Assembly: GCA_951406725.2 (NCBI GenBank)
Contig: OX597816.1
Coordinates: 154,256,001-154,320,000, forward strand
Direction of reading: 5' to 3'
Source: Octopus vulgaris
Lineage: Eukaryota
Length of the DNA: 64,000 nucleotides
Shown here in pieces: positions 39,601 to 46,948 of the stretch. The notes beneath the pieces are model-generated. The model did not search any database. It was not told the DNA's origin and worked only from the letters and a program-made list of their open reading frames with translations. Every line of letters begins with the position of its first letter. Within the stretch, counting starts at the first letter, position 1. Made by a program: the position numbers and the translations under genes.

Positions 39601-42393
39601 ATTTCTTTATAATCGTAATCTATGCCGTTTGTAAAATTTCACTGAAGGATATCCATTTTCGTAAAGGTTATGAGGGAAAAAATCGGATCTTGTGAATTTT
39701 CCGAAAGTCCTCCCTCTGTTTACTGGTGCAAATTTTTGTTTTCATTTTCGTTTAATACGCATTTTTTTACACCTATTACATTTGTTTCTTTTTTTCTTTT
39801 TAGGTGGCCGGGTGTTAAGTAAACATTAACCCGGCATTCTACTGGGGCGGAGGTAAAGAATACGCACACCACCCGTTTTCTGCTTAACAAAAACCCTAAC
39901 CCTAAGTATCAGGTGTGCGTATTCTTTACCTTCGACTCTACTGGTTACTGTTTACTTCGATTTTTTGATAATTACCGTATTTGACAACATATAAGATGCA
40001 CCCCTATTTTACAAAAAAAGTTTTGGGGGCTGGTTTCATCATAGAGTTATTTAATGAGATTTTAAAGTGGTTTTGTAGAATAAAATGTATGATTCTGAAT
40101 ATGTAAATACATGATTATGATGGTCTACTAGAATAAAATATGAAACCATAAATTTATCATAAATAAATTACGGTTATGGGCATACCGTACTTCAACTTCT
40201 TTCCGATCAACTGCATAGTTGTTTATATTTTGTTCAATAGAGTTGCGACGCAGGATGTGAAACTAGTATTTCTGGTTGTTTTCAACTAGCAATAACCACG
40301 CCTACGATAACCCTCATTGCCTATGGTACCGCCTCTGCGCGTGATGGTATAAGTAATAAAGGCGGCGAGCTGGCAGAAACGTTAGCACGCCGGGCGAAAT
40401 GCGTAGCCGTATTTCGTCTGTCGTTACGTTGTGAGTTCAAATTCCGCCGAGGTCGACTTTGCCTTTCAACTTTCGGGGTCGATAAATTAAGTACCAGTTA
40501 CGCACTGGGCTCGATGTAATCGACTTAATACCTATGTCTGTCCTTGTTTGTCCCCCTCTGTGTTTAGCCCCTTGTGGGTAATAAAGAAATAGGTATAAGT
40601 AATTTCTATTGGTTTTTAGGACAGTGCACCACTGCTATGGCCTTGTTGCCATAGCAGTGGTGCACTACTTGTGATTATGGTTCGTAAAAAATATGCTTTT
40701 ACGAGTCTGAAAAAAAAAAATCTTTCGAAAAAGCTTAAAACTGAAAATTTACAGGGAAAGGGTAGTATAGGAACACCACCATCTCTACCCCACCTCCATT
40801 TTTTTTCTTTCCAGATTTGCAATCTATGAGAATTTTTAAAAAGTACGATTTTTAGCGCACAAGTCACTTTCTGAATCTATTCTTTGAAAAAAATCAAAGC
40901 AAAAAACGTCATGGCTCTATTTAGGGCCTTCAAAACCAACTATCACAGTCGAAGTGGAACCCCTGAAGGTTTTTGGTAAGTTCACAGCAGCACTCTACAC
41001 AGCTGTGAACATTGACAATGAAGTTGACACACGAATCGCCAAGGGAAAATCAGCATTCGGGTGGCTAGGTGAATCAGTGTGGGAGAGGAAAGACATTAAG
41101 GCTGGCTACCAAGTTGAAGGTGTACCAAACAGTTGTATTGCCAATGCTGCTGTACGCCCGCAAGACTAAGACGGTTTACGAACGTCACGCCAAAAAATTA
41201 AACTGCTCTCCCACATAAACTACTTGAGAAAGCTGCTGAAAATCACCCGGCAAGGCAAGGTTCCAGACACAGAGATCCTTTCTCGAGCTGATCTGTCAAG
41301 TATTTACACACTGCTGAACAGAGCGCAAGTCAGGTGGGCACGCCTGTCATACGACTTCCCAAGAGACTGTTTCACAGAGAACTGACGGAAGGTAAGCACA
41401 TGCAAGTAGGACCGAAAAAGCGTTTCAAAGATATGTCCAAAGCCTCACTGAAGAGCTTTGAGATCAACCCAGACACCTTGGAAACGCTAGCACAAGACCG
41501 CCCTGCCTGGTGAAGCTGCACCAACAGAGGTGAACAGAACAGTATTGCAGAGGCACAAAGAAAACGGGAACTATGCAAGCCCAGAGGCAACTTGCCTTCA
41601 GTCCCAATACCCAACCCGCTCCTTTTAAGCTGCCCCCGGATTTGGGTGAATGTTGTTTCATATACTACTTTTACTTTCACTTCAAATTTTAGCCGAGTTC
41701 AATTTGTGGCAAAACTACAGATTAGAGTCCCCTCTTTCGACATTTTTTTTAAATACTTAATTTCTTTAATGTATATTTTTTTAATGAAATTTAAGAGAAA
41801 TACGATATTTTCGATTTCATACACCAGATCTGAATTCTTTGAAAACAAGACGATTTAGTTTTAATTTCTCAAAAAAAAAAAAAAACAATTATGATTTTCG
41901 TAATTAGCATGAAAAACTATTTCGGTGCAGAGATTTTCAAAAACATTTGTGGGGGTCTAAATTACGATAATGCTGATTTTTTTTAATTACTTTTTTTCTA
42001 GTTAAAAAGATGTTTTGGTCAGTTAGCATCTGAACCACTCGACCTTATGTTCCTAAGATTCATATCTACATCTTTATCTGTATATTTACCTTCCCTAAGA
42101 TGTTATTAATTGATTTATATTATTGGAAAACCTATATAAATTAGCTGAAGATTACTCAGCATCTTAAATCTGCTGTAACATTTTCACTTTCGATTTCTTT
42201 GAAAAGTAACATTTTCACTTTGCTCAGAACATTCAAAGTAAAACTAGTGACAAATCACTGCAATAATTTACATAATAGATTTATAAATATATATATATAT
42301 ATATATACATCTATGTATATGTGTGTGTATATATATATATATATACATCTATGATCTATGTATATGTGTATATATATATATATACATCTATGT

Positions 42394-42490
<97 letters not shown>

Positions 42491-42628
42491 TATGTATACA
42501 TATATACATCTACGTGTGTATATATACATATATACAGCTATGTATGTATACATATATATATATATATATATACATCTAAGTATGTGTATATGTATACATC
42601 TATATATATATATACTTCTATGTATGTG

Positions 42629-42678
<50 letters not shown>

Positions 42679-43897
42679 AATATATACATATACATCTATA
42701 TATATATGTGTGTGTGTCACTGAAGCCATTCATACACTCTCTCTCTCTCTCGCACACCTCATCAAACACACACACACACGGCATGCGAACTTCAAAAGAA
42801 CTTTCCTGATCCAATCGCGCTCTCTCTCTATCTCTTTCGTTTTTATGCCGACTTCAAAAGATCCCCTTTCCTCCACCCCACATAAATAAAAAATTTTTTT
42901 TTTTTTTACTCATATCGTAATTTAGTGAAAATTTTTTAAAGCGTGTAATCTTATGAAGCCGCTGAATTTGGTTGAATCTGACCCAGACCGGACAATGACA
43001 TCCTTTCCTTGGAAATAGAAGGAAGTGTTCTAAACGAGATACTTTCTTTGCAAAGTATCATGTGTTGGAATGCGCAATGGATCCGGAGACCGCAGTAATG
43101 TAAGCCCGAGTAATTTATTCGATCACAACATGTATTTCCATTAATGAGCTTTAAAACCAGTAGAAACTGGGTTTCTCAACTTTCAATTTCATAACTAAAA
43201 CGGATCTGAAATTTTCGGAGGGGCTCAAGATAGAATTTCGTTCTTGTATTATAAATAAATAATACTAATCATTCTCAATCAGAAATTTATGAAGAAATAC
43301 TAGTCAAAAGTGAAAAACAAGTAAATCTTTTTCTACAAGCTAATATTCCTTCACTTTCAGTTTTAATTGCACAAACAATATGCACGCATACATTCTCGGT
43401 TCTCGGAACCGAGCTAAAAACAACAATAAAATGCATTAAAATAAAGAACTTGCATCAAAATTAGGGTGTATAACGAAAGTAAATAAAGCAGAATTTACAT
43501 TTTGGTTGAAAAACTTTTTTTTAAAAATAATAAAAGTTTACAAAATTCAATGATTTAGAAAGTTTTGTTTACATTTTTTTTACGGAAATGAAATTTTCGT
43601 TGAATGACTTGTACTTTAAAATCGAACAGGCATACTTCTTTAGGGCTTGTTAGTCAAAAATTTTAGCACTGAAGTTGATATAATTACATATAACAATTAT
43701 AAAGTTGTAAATAAAAGTTGTTAAAAATATCTTACTTGTGAACAAGAAGAGCGAACATCGGATATTTCACCAGCGAGAGTATATTCTGTGCATGTTGAAA
43801 CTATTTTTTTAGCTAACATTTCCATTGAAGGATGAGCATAAAGCAAAACAGGTGGCAAAACTGTCTGGCTTCCAATTTTACCTTTTTCTGATTCCAT
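757..43897 (-). CDS. PRS4: Class II ribose-phosphate pyrophosphokinase (PRPP synthetase, PRS3/PRS4-like), complete 8-exon gene, 353 aa
   Basis: Eight GT-AG exons (162+127+73+94+119+185+77+225 = 1062 nt) splice into one open frame. Class II motifs: [56 protein letters not shown] (PRPP loop), [18 protein letters not shown]. Confidence 0.93.
1849..2498 (-). mobile_element. Non-autonomous Helitron
   Basis: Minus-strand 5' TCTCTCTCTATATAAAC; 3' hairpin CCCGGGCAACGCCGGG followed by CTAG; A/T insertion site; interrupts a hAT-like end (CAGTAGTTCTCAACC at 1681). Confidence 0.8.
2505..2810 (-). mobile_element. 5'-truncated RTE-type LINE 3' UTR/SINE-like repeat with (GAT)n tail
   Basis: (CAT)n then CCATGCTAGCATGGGTTGGAC...CTACAGCTGGATGCCCTTCCTAACGCCAACCACTC; the same sequence directly follows RTE ORF ends at 11140 and 56625. 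Confidence 0.75.
2917..3113. mobile_element. Tc1/mariner-type MITE
   Basis: TIRs TGAGGGGTACTGAAAAGTTCCTGG / CCAGGAACTTTTCAGCACCCTCTCA, TA on both sides. Confidence 0.75.
3960..4036 (-). CDS. PRS4: PRS class II exon 7 (PRPP-binding loop)
   Basis: CAG acceptor, GTAAG donor; (G)[25 protein letters not shown]; phase 1 to 0. Confidence 0.94.
5648..6090 (-). mobile_element. RTE-tail repeat with internal ~55-bp tandem units
   Basis: Same family as 2505-2810; repeated TTTATGTGCCACCGACACAGG...CACGCTCGGATGGTG units. Confidence 0.75.
7318..7502 (-). CDS. PRS4: PRS class II exon 6
   Basis: CAG/GTAGG; (R)LESAIPLVK...[12 protein letters not shown]...[18 protein letters not shown](G); phase 2 to 1. Confidence 0.94.
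8020..8186. repeat. Compound (TA)n/(CA)n microsatellite
   Basis: Seen directly. Confidence 0.9.
8962..9080 (-). CDS. PRS4: PRS class II exon 5
   Basis: CAG/GTAAA; [39 protein letters not shown](R); phase 0 to 2. Confidence 0.94.
9252..10713 (-). mobile_element. Internally deleted Helitron with Pif1-helicase relic
   Basis: 3' hairpin plus CTAG at 9252; 5' TCTCTCTATATAAAA at 10713; frames [12 protein letters not shown] and [26 protein letters not shown]...[13 protein letters not shown] are Helitron Pif1 motifs. Confidence 0.85.
10951..11044 (-). CDS. PRS4: PRS class II exon 4
   Basis: TAG/GTAAAC; (R)[31 protein letters not shown]; phase 2 to 0. Confidence 0.94.
11140..12065 (+). mobile_element. 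RTE-clade LINE 3' fragment plus 3' UTR
   Basis: [21 protein letters not shown]...[11 protein letters not shown]...GRGR.RK motifs; followed by the (GAT)-tail repeat. Confidence 0.8.
12446..12518 (-). CDS. PRS4: PRS class II exon 3
   Basis: CAG/GTAGG; (V)[23 protein letters not shown](R); phase 1 to 2. Confidence 0.93.
13276..13472. repeat. (TACA/TA)n compound microsatellite
   Basis: Seen directly. Confidence 0.9.
13510..13938 (-). mobile_element. CR1/L2-group LINE 3' end
   Basis: [17 protein letters not shown]...[14 protein letters not shown]...[14 protein letters not shown], typical ORF2 C-terminus. Confidence 0.7.
13955..14960 (+). mobile_element. Penelope-like element fragment with inverted pseudo-LTR arrangement
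   Basis: Inverted arms (13955-14115 plus 14426-14457 versus 14732-14933); reconstructed frame [28 protein letters not shown] resembles the GIY-YIG C-terminal half; followed by a hammerhead fold; embedded in (TA)n. Confidence 0.65.
14612..14690 (+). ncRNA. Type I hammerhead ribozyme, minimal stem III, catalytic G12 mutated to A
   Basis: Stem I GATTGTA/TGCAATT; core CTGATGA; stem II GGCC...GAATTA/TAATTC...GGCC; AAAAC in place of GAAAC; stem III ACC-GA-GGT; cleavage triplet GTA ending at 14683. Confidence 0.7.
14961..15410. repeat. Long (TA)n/(TACA)n/(TG)n microsatellite
   Basis: Seen directly. Confidence 0.92.
15380..15612 (+). mobile_element. tRNA-derived SINE, 3' half
   Basis: Matches 3' half of 31479-31880 (GTTTGTCCCC...GATAGAATAAGTACTGGGC...CAGTCAAATGACTGAAACAAGTAAAGAG). 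Confidence 0.8.
15690..18135 (+). mobile_element. Degenerate R2-superfamily (Hero-like) non-LTR retrotransposon, RT region
   Basis: [78 protein letters not shown]; many stops and frameshifts. Confidence 0.8.
19885..20215 (-). mobile_element. RTE-tail repeat
   Basis: Same family as 2505-2810. Confidence 0.7.
21105..21440 (+). mobile_element. tRNA-derived SINE
   Basis: TGGCTTAGTGGTTAGAG A-box-like, GTTTGATTCCC B-box-like, TGTGTTCTTGAGCAAGATAC core, short CTTTA tail. Confidence 0.65.
21641..21767 (-). CDS. PRS4: PRS class II exon 2
   Basis: TAG/GTAAGT; [42 protein letters not shown]; phase 0 to 1. Confidence 0.92.
22520..22680 (+). mobile_element. RTE-like RT fragment
   Basis: Frame QFTDDIIL...QLRTML..L......VSLKMN..KTK resembles FADD region. 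Confidence 0.45.
23436..23860 (+). mobile_element. DNA transposase N-terminal relic (Sola-like)
   Basis: C-x-C region followed by F/Y..K..Q..FIL.LV...PKRRR pattern; internal stop; family call is inference. Confidence 0.35.
24357..24597 (+). repeat. (TA)n tracts flanking a SINE 5' fragment
   Basis: Two (TA)n runs around AAGCCTTGTGAGTGGATTTGGTAGATGGAAACTGAAAGAAGCCC. Confidence 0.8.
24598..25823 (+). mobile_element. Full-length degenerate IS630-Tc1-mariner transposon, DD41D (rosa/Visitor) type
   Basis: Imperfect ~30-bp TIRs (CATAGTATCCCAGAAG / TTTCTGGGACACCCTG), TA flanks; [34 protein letters not shown] with 41 residues between the 2nd and 3rd D. Confidence 0.88.
27600..28930 (-). mobile_element. 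Degenerate LINE endonuclease/ORF2 relic
   Basis: Minus frame [11 protein letters not shown]...TISET resembles APE N-terminus; downstream highly decayed. Confidence 0.4.
31479..31880 (+). mobile_element. Full-length tRNA-derived SINE
   Basis: A box GTGGCTGTGTAGTAAG, B box GGTTCAGTCCC, central (TA/TG)n, tail GTAAAAGAGTAAAAGAG; further copies at 15380, 24423, 44755, 45099, 59060. Confidence 0.85.
31885..32760 (-). mobile_element. Helitron Pif1 helicase relic
   Basis: [15 protein letters not shown]...L.TNM and [21 protein letters not shown] frames. Confidence 0.75.
33736..33883. mobile_element. piggyBac-type MITE
   Basis: TTAA-CCCTTT...TAAAGGG-TTAA. Confidence 0.75.
34667..34910. repeat. Inverted repeat (~52-bp arms), asymmetric, possibly Penelope-derived or MITE
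   Basis: GGGGAAAGTCATTCTCTTTTAGTGCCTTATAAT (34677) is the reverse complement of 34803-34835. Confidence 0.7.
35107..35900. mobile_element. Foldback/MITE with ~270-bp TIRs and TTAGGG-containing core
   Basis: Arms 35107-35375 and 35635-35900 are reverse complements (mirror ORFs [18 protein letters not shown] on both strands); TTAGGGTTAGGG at about 35410. Confidence 0.85.
36836..37166 (+). mobile_element. tRNA-derived SINE (second family)
   Basis: GTGGTTAGG...GGTTTCGATTCCC B-box, GTGTTTATTGAGCGAAAACACCTAAAGCTC core; CpG-rich. Confidence 0.65.
37231..38405 (+). mobile_element. Compound non-autonomous Helitron
   Basis: 5' TCTCTTATTATAAAAGGCAG at 37231; second 5' end TCTTTATATAAGAG at 38010; one 3' hairpin CCCGAGCAACGCCGGG plus CTAG at 38402-38405. 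Confidence 0.75.
38420..39780. repeat. Complex foldback repeat with ~380-bp palindrome
   Basis: 39400-39779 folds about 39597; the arm unit AGTTATGAGGGAAAA..TCGGATCTTGTGAATTTTCCGAAG recurs directly at about 38505, 39045 and 39204. Confidence 0.75.
39846..39936. mobile_element. 91-bp Merlin-like micro-MITE
   Basis: 25-bp TIR GGCGGAGGTAAAGAATACGCACACC (2 mismatches), 8-bp TSD TCTACTGG, internal AACCCTAACCCTAA. Confidence 0.75.
40358..40591 (+). mobile_element. Young tRNA-derived SINE (Nin-domain-like core)
   Basis: 12-bp TSD GGTATAAGTAAT (40346-40357, 40592-40603); A box GAGCTGGCAGAAACG, B box GAGTTCAAATTCC; core GTCGACTTTGCCTTTC...GGGGTCGATAAATTAAGTACCAG. Confidence 0.85.
40950..41640 (+). 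mobile_element. RTE-BovB-like LINE 3' fragment
   Basis: [18 protein letters not shown]...[41 protein letters not shown]. Confidence 0.8.
42287..42780. repeat. Compound (TA)n/(GATA)n/(CA)n microsatellite
   Basis: Seen directly. Confidence 0.92.
43736..43897 (-). CDS. PRS4: PRS class II exon 1 (start codon)
   Basis: ATG at 43897; [36 protein letters not shown]...SSCSQ; GTAAG donor, phase 0 matches exon 2; supplies the N-terminal strand and helix missing from exon 2. Confidence 0.85.
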
Positions 43898-44070
43898 TTT
43901 TCTACCAGCTCTAATTCATAAACAAACTTACAGGTAGGATATTTGACCGAAATTATTGAATGACGTTGGTTGCTTCTTTAAGCTATTCGCACGAACACCA
44001 CGCAGCTTTACAGGAGGGGAGATAACCTTAAAAACATTACTGGCGTAAAGACCCTCCCCGATGCAAAAAT
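43898..44070 (-). promoter_or_regulatory. Putative 5' UTR/promoter of the PRS gene
   Basis: Non-repetitive, locally CpG-enriched stretch directly upstream of the ATG; TGACGT half-site; AGGGGAGATAAC motif at 44015. Confidence 0.4.
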
Positions 44071-44754
44071 TTTAAGTTTCATTTTCAAATGTGAATTCCT
44101 TGAAAAACATTTTCACTTTCGATTTCTTTGAAAAATAACATTTTCACTTTGCTCAGAACATTCAAAGTAAAACTAGTGACAAATCACTGCAATAATTTAC
44201 ATAATAGGTTTCTTTCTAAACAGTGTTTAATGCTTCTCAGAACACTTAACTGTTTACAAAGGTTGCTTAGATACTGATGCTGCAAGTTGCTCAGTTATTG
44301 AAGCATAAAATAACCTTGTCGCGTGACTGTAGGTTGCTAACTTGTATGGATAATAAATGAGTAAATAATTCTAATTTTAGAACAAGGCCAACAATTTTGA
44401 AGGGATGGTAGGAGACTCCAGTACTTAACTGGTTCTATATCTTATCGATCCTGAAAGGAAGAAAACCAAAATTGATCTCAAAAGAGTTTGAACCTGGAAT
44501 AAAGAGCCGGAAGAAATGTTACTAAACATTCTGTCTGACACGCTAACGATCCTTCCAGCTCGTTTTCTTAGTAAATGGATAAATAATGGCATTTGAGTAA
44601 GAGTGTTGATTAAAGAAACAAGGACGGGAAACAGATTTTAATGATCATGAGATACAATTTTTTTTCACAAAATTTATGAGTTGTTTTCTTAAGACTGCAA
44701 TGATGCATATCTCGCGGGCCAGACCTTGTTCAAATTTGATTTTTTTAAAATTAT

Positions 44755-45255
44755 ATTCTTTTACTTGTCATTTGACTGCCGCCATGCTGGAGCACTGCCT
44801 TCAGTCGAGCAAATCGATCCTAGAGCTTATTCTTTGTAAGCCTAGTACTTATTCTATCCGTCACTTTTGCCGAACCGCTACGTTACGGAAACGTAAACAC
44901 ACCAGCATCGGTTGTCAAGCGATGTTGGGGGGACAAACACAAACACACAACCATATACACACACACACACATATATATATATATGACGGGATTCTTCCAG
45001 TTTCCATCTACCAAATCCACTCACAAGGTTTTGGTCGGCCCGAGGCTATAGTAGAAAACATTTGCCCAAGGTGCCACCTAGTGGGACTGAACCCACGTGC
45101 AGGCGTGGCTGTGTGGTAAGAAGCTTGCTTCCCAACATGATTCTGGGTTCAGTTCCACTGCGTGGCAACTTGGGCAAGTATTTTCTGCAGTCTCAAGCCA
45201 ACCCAAGCCATGTGAGTGGGTTTGGTAGACTGAAACTGAAAGGAGCCCATCATAT
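44755..45255. mobile_element. Two SINE copies head-to-head (minus 44755-45095, plus 45099-45255)
   Basis: Both match the 31479-31880 family in opposite orientations. Confidence 0.75.
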
Positions 45256-45259
45256 ATAT

Positions 45260-46050
45260 ATCATCATCATCGTTTAACGCCCGTTGTCGATGCTGGCATG
45301 GGATGGACAGTTTGACTAGGCCTGGCAAACTGGAAGGCTGCACCAGACTCCAGTCTGTTTTGGCATGGTTTCTACAGCTAGATGCCCTTCCTAATGCCAA
45401 CCACTCCGAGAATGTAATGAGTGCTTTTATGTGCCACTGGCACGGGTGCCATTTGCATGACACCAGTATCTGCAATGACTGCAGTTTTACTTGGCTTGAT
45501 GGGTCTTCTTCTCAAGCACAAAATAATGCCAAATGGTCTCAGTCCTTGTTTCTGTGAGACACAATGCTCAAAAGGTACTTTTACGTGATACTAGTACACG
45601 AGTCATTTGCGTGACACCCGTTTCTGCCATGACTGCGATTTTACTTGGTTTGATGGGTTTTCTTCTCAAGCACAACATAATGCCAGAGGTCTTGGTAATT
45701 GCCTCTGTGCAAAAGGAGCTCAACCACTTTGCCTCCATGAGGCTCAATGCTTGAAAAATGCTTTTTATGTGCCACCTGCATGGGTGTCAGTTACATGACA
45801 CCAGCATCAGTCACGACTGCAATTTCACTTAGCTTGGCGAGTCTTTTCAAGGTCTCAGTAACTAGTCATTGCCTCCATGAGGCCCAAAGTTCATAGATCA
45901 TGCTTCACCACCTCATCCCATGTCTTCTTGAGTCTACCTCAACCACAGGCACTTCTTTACACAACTGTCCTCATCCAGACACATCACACCAGTGCATTCA
46001 TCTCTCTTGCACACTACATCTGATGCTTCTTATGCCTAACTTTTCATGCA
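45260..46050 (-). mobile_element. RTE LINE 3' end with (GAT)n tail
   Basis: (CAT)n tail, family core, and RTE C-terminus (GRLKKTWDEVVKHDL..LGL) on minus strand near 45880-46040. Confidence 0.7.
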
Positions 46051-46771
46051 CAGCTGAGTTCAAGGTCAATCTGTGCCAAACAGCTTCATTGTGTACTTTA
46101 GCTTTGTTACTATGACAACAGTCCGGATACTTATTGATCAGACCATGTAGTTAAATAGTTCTCTTCATTGAAGGTACACCACTCTTAATACTCCTCACCA
46201 CCTTCCAGTTTATAAATGTATTTTCAGAAATTGTGAACAATTCTCATAGCAAATTTTCTTTGATCTCCTCTATCATCTGAAACTGGCAACCTTCCAGAGT
46301 GGTCTAACTTTAGGAACAAAAAAAGATCTACCACCCAATTCTAGATATGAGGCCAGCTTGGGGATGAGTAATCTTGTCTTTTACCAAGTTACAGACAAGA
46401 AGAGGCAAAGGTTGTAGTGCTGCATCCAGGTTGTGTTTGTCTTGGGCTTTTTCCTTCATCTTACCTCTAGAGATTCAAATAGTTCTTTACAGATTATCTG
46501 ACCATGAGGAACAAACTTATAAAGAATGATGCCATACTGATAAGAAAAAAAAAGGCAATCAACATCAGCTTCCTATCTGAATGACAATGACTTCTTTCTT
46601 GCTTTGAGATTGAAGCCATATACACATATATTCATGTCACCTGTTGATTTTTGAAAGCTGTCATGAGTATTCAAATGATGAAACAGCTCCTGATTGACTA
46701 ATCAATTCTCTTTTTATTTATCTATCAGCAGATGCAGCACAAATTTTGTGGCAGTGTGAAACATCTTTTAA

Positions 46772-46948
46772 CCCTTTAGCATCTACACCAGCCACATCTG
46801 ACCTAAATATTCTACCTCTTACACTTAGCCTTCAATGTCATTCCAATCAAATTATCAAAATCTTGAAGCCACAAGGTAATACATGATAAATTCAAAACAA
46901 TGAATAAACAAGTATTACAGTTGAGAGTGTAATCTGAATGCTAAAGGG
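46772..46948. mobile_element. piggyBac-type MITE
   Basis: TTAA-CCCTTTAGCAT...ATGCTAAAGGG-TTAA; same family as 33736. Confidence 0.8.

Noticed and set aside
40361-40450. tRNA-like A/B boxes (also 21105, 31479, 36836)
   Set aside because: No cloverleaf; these are SINE heads with core and tail, one with a TSD.
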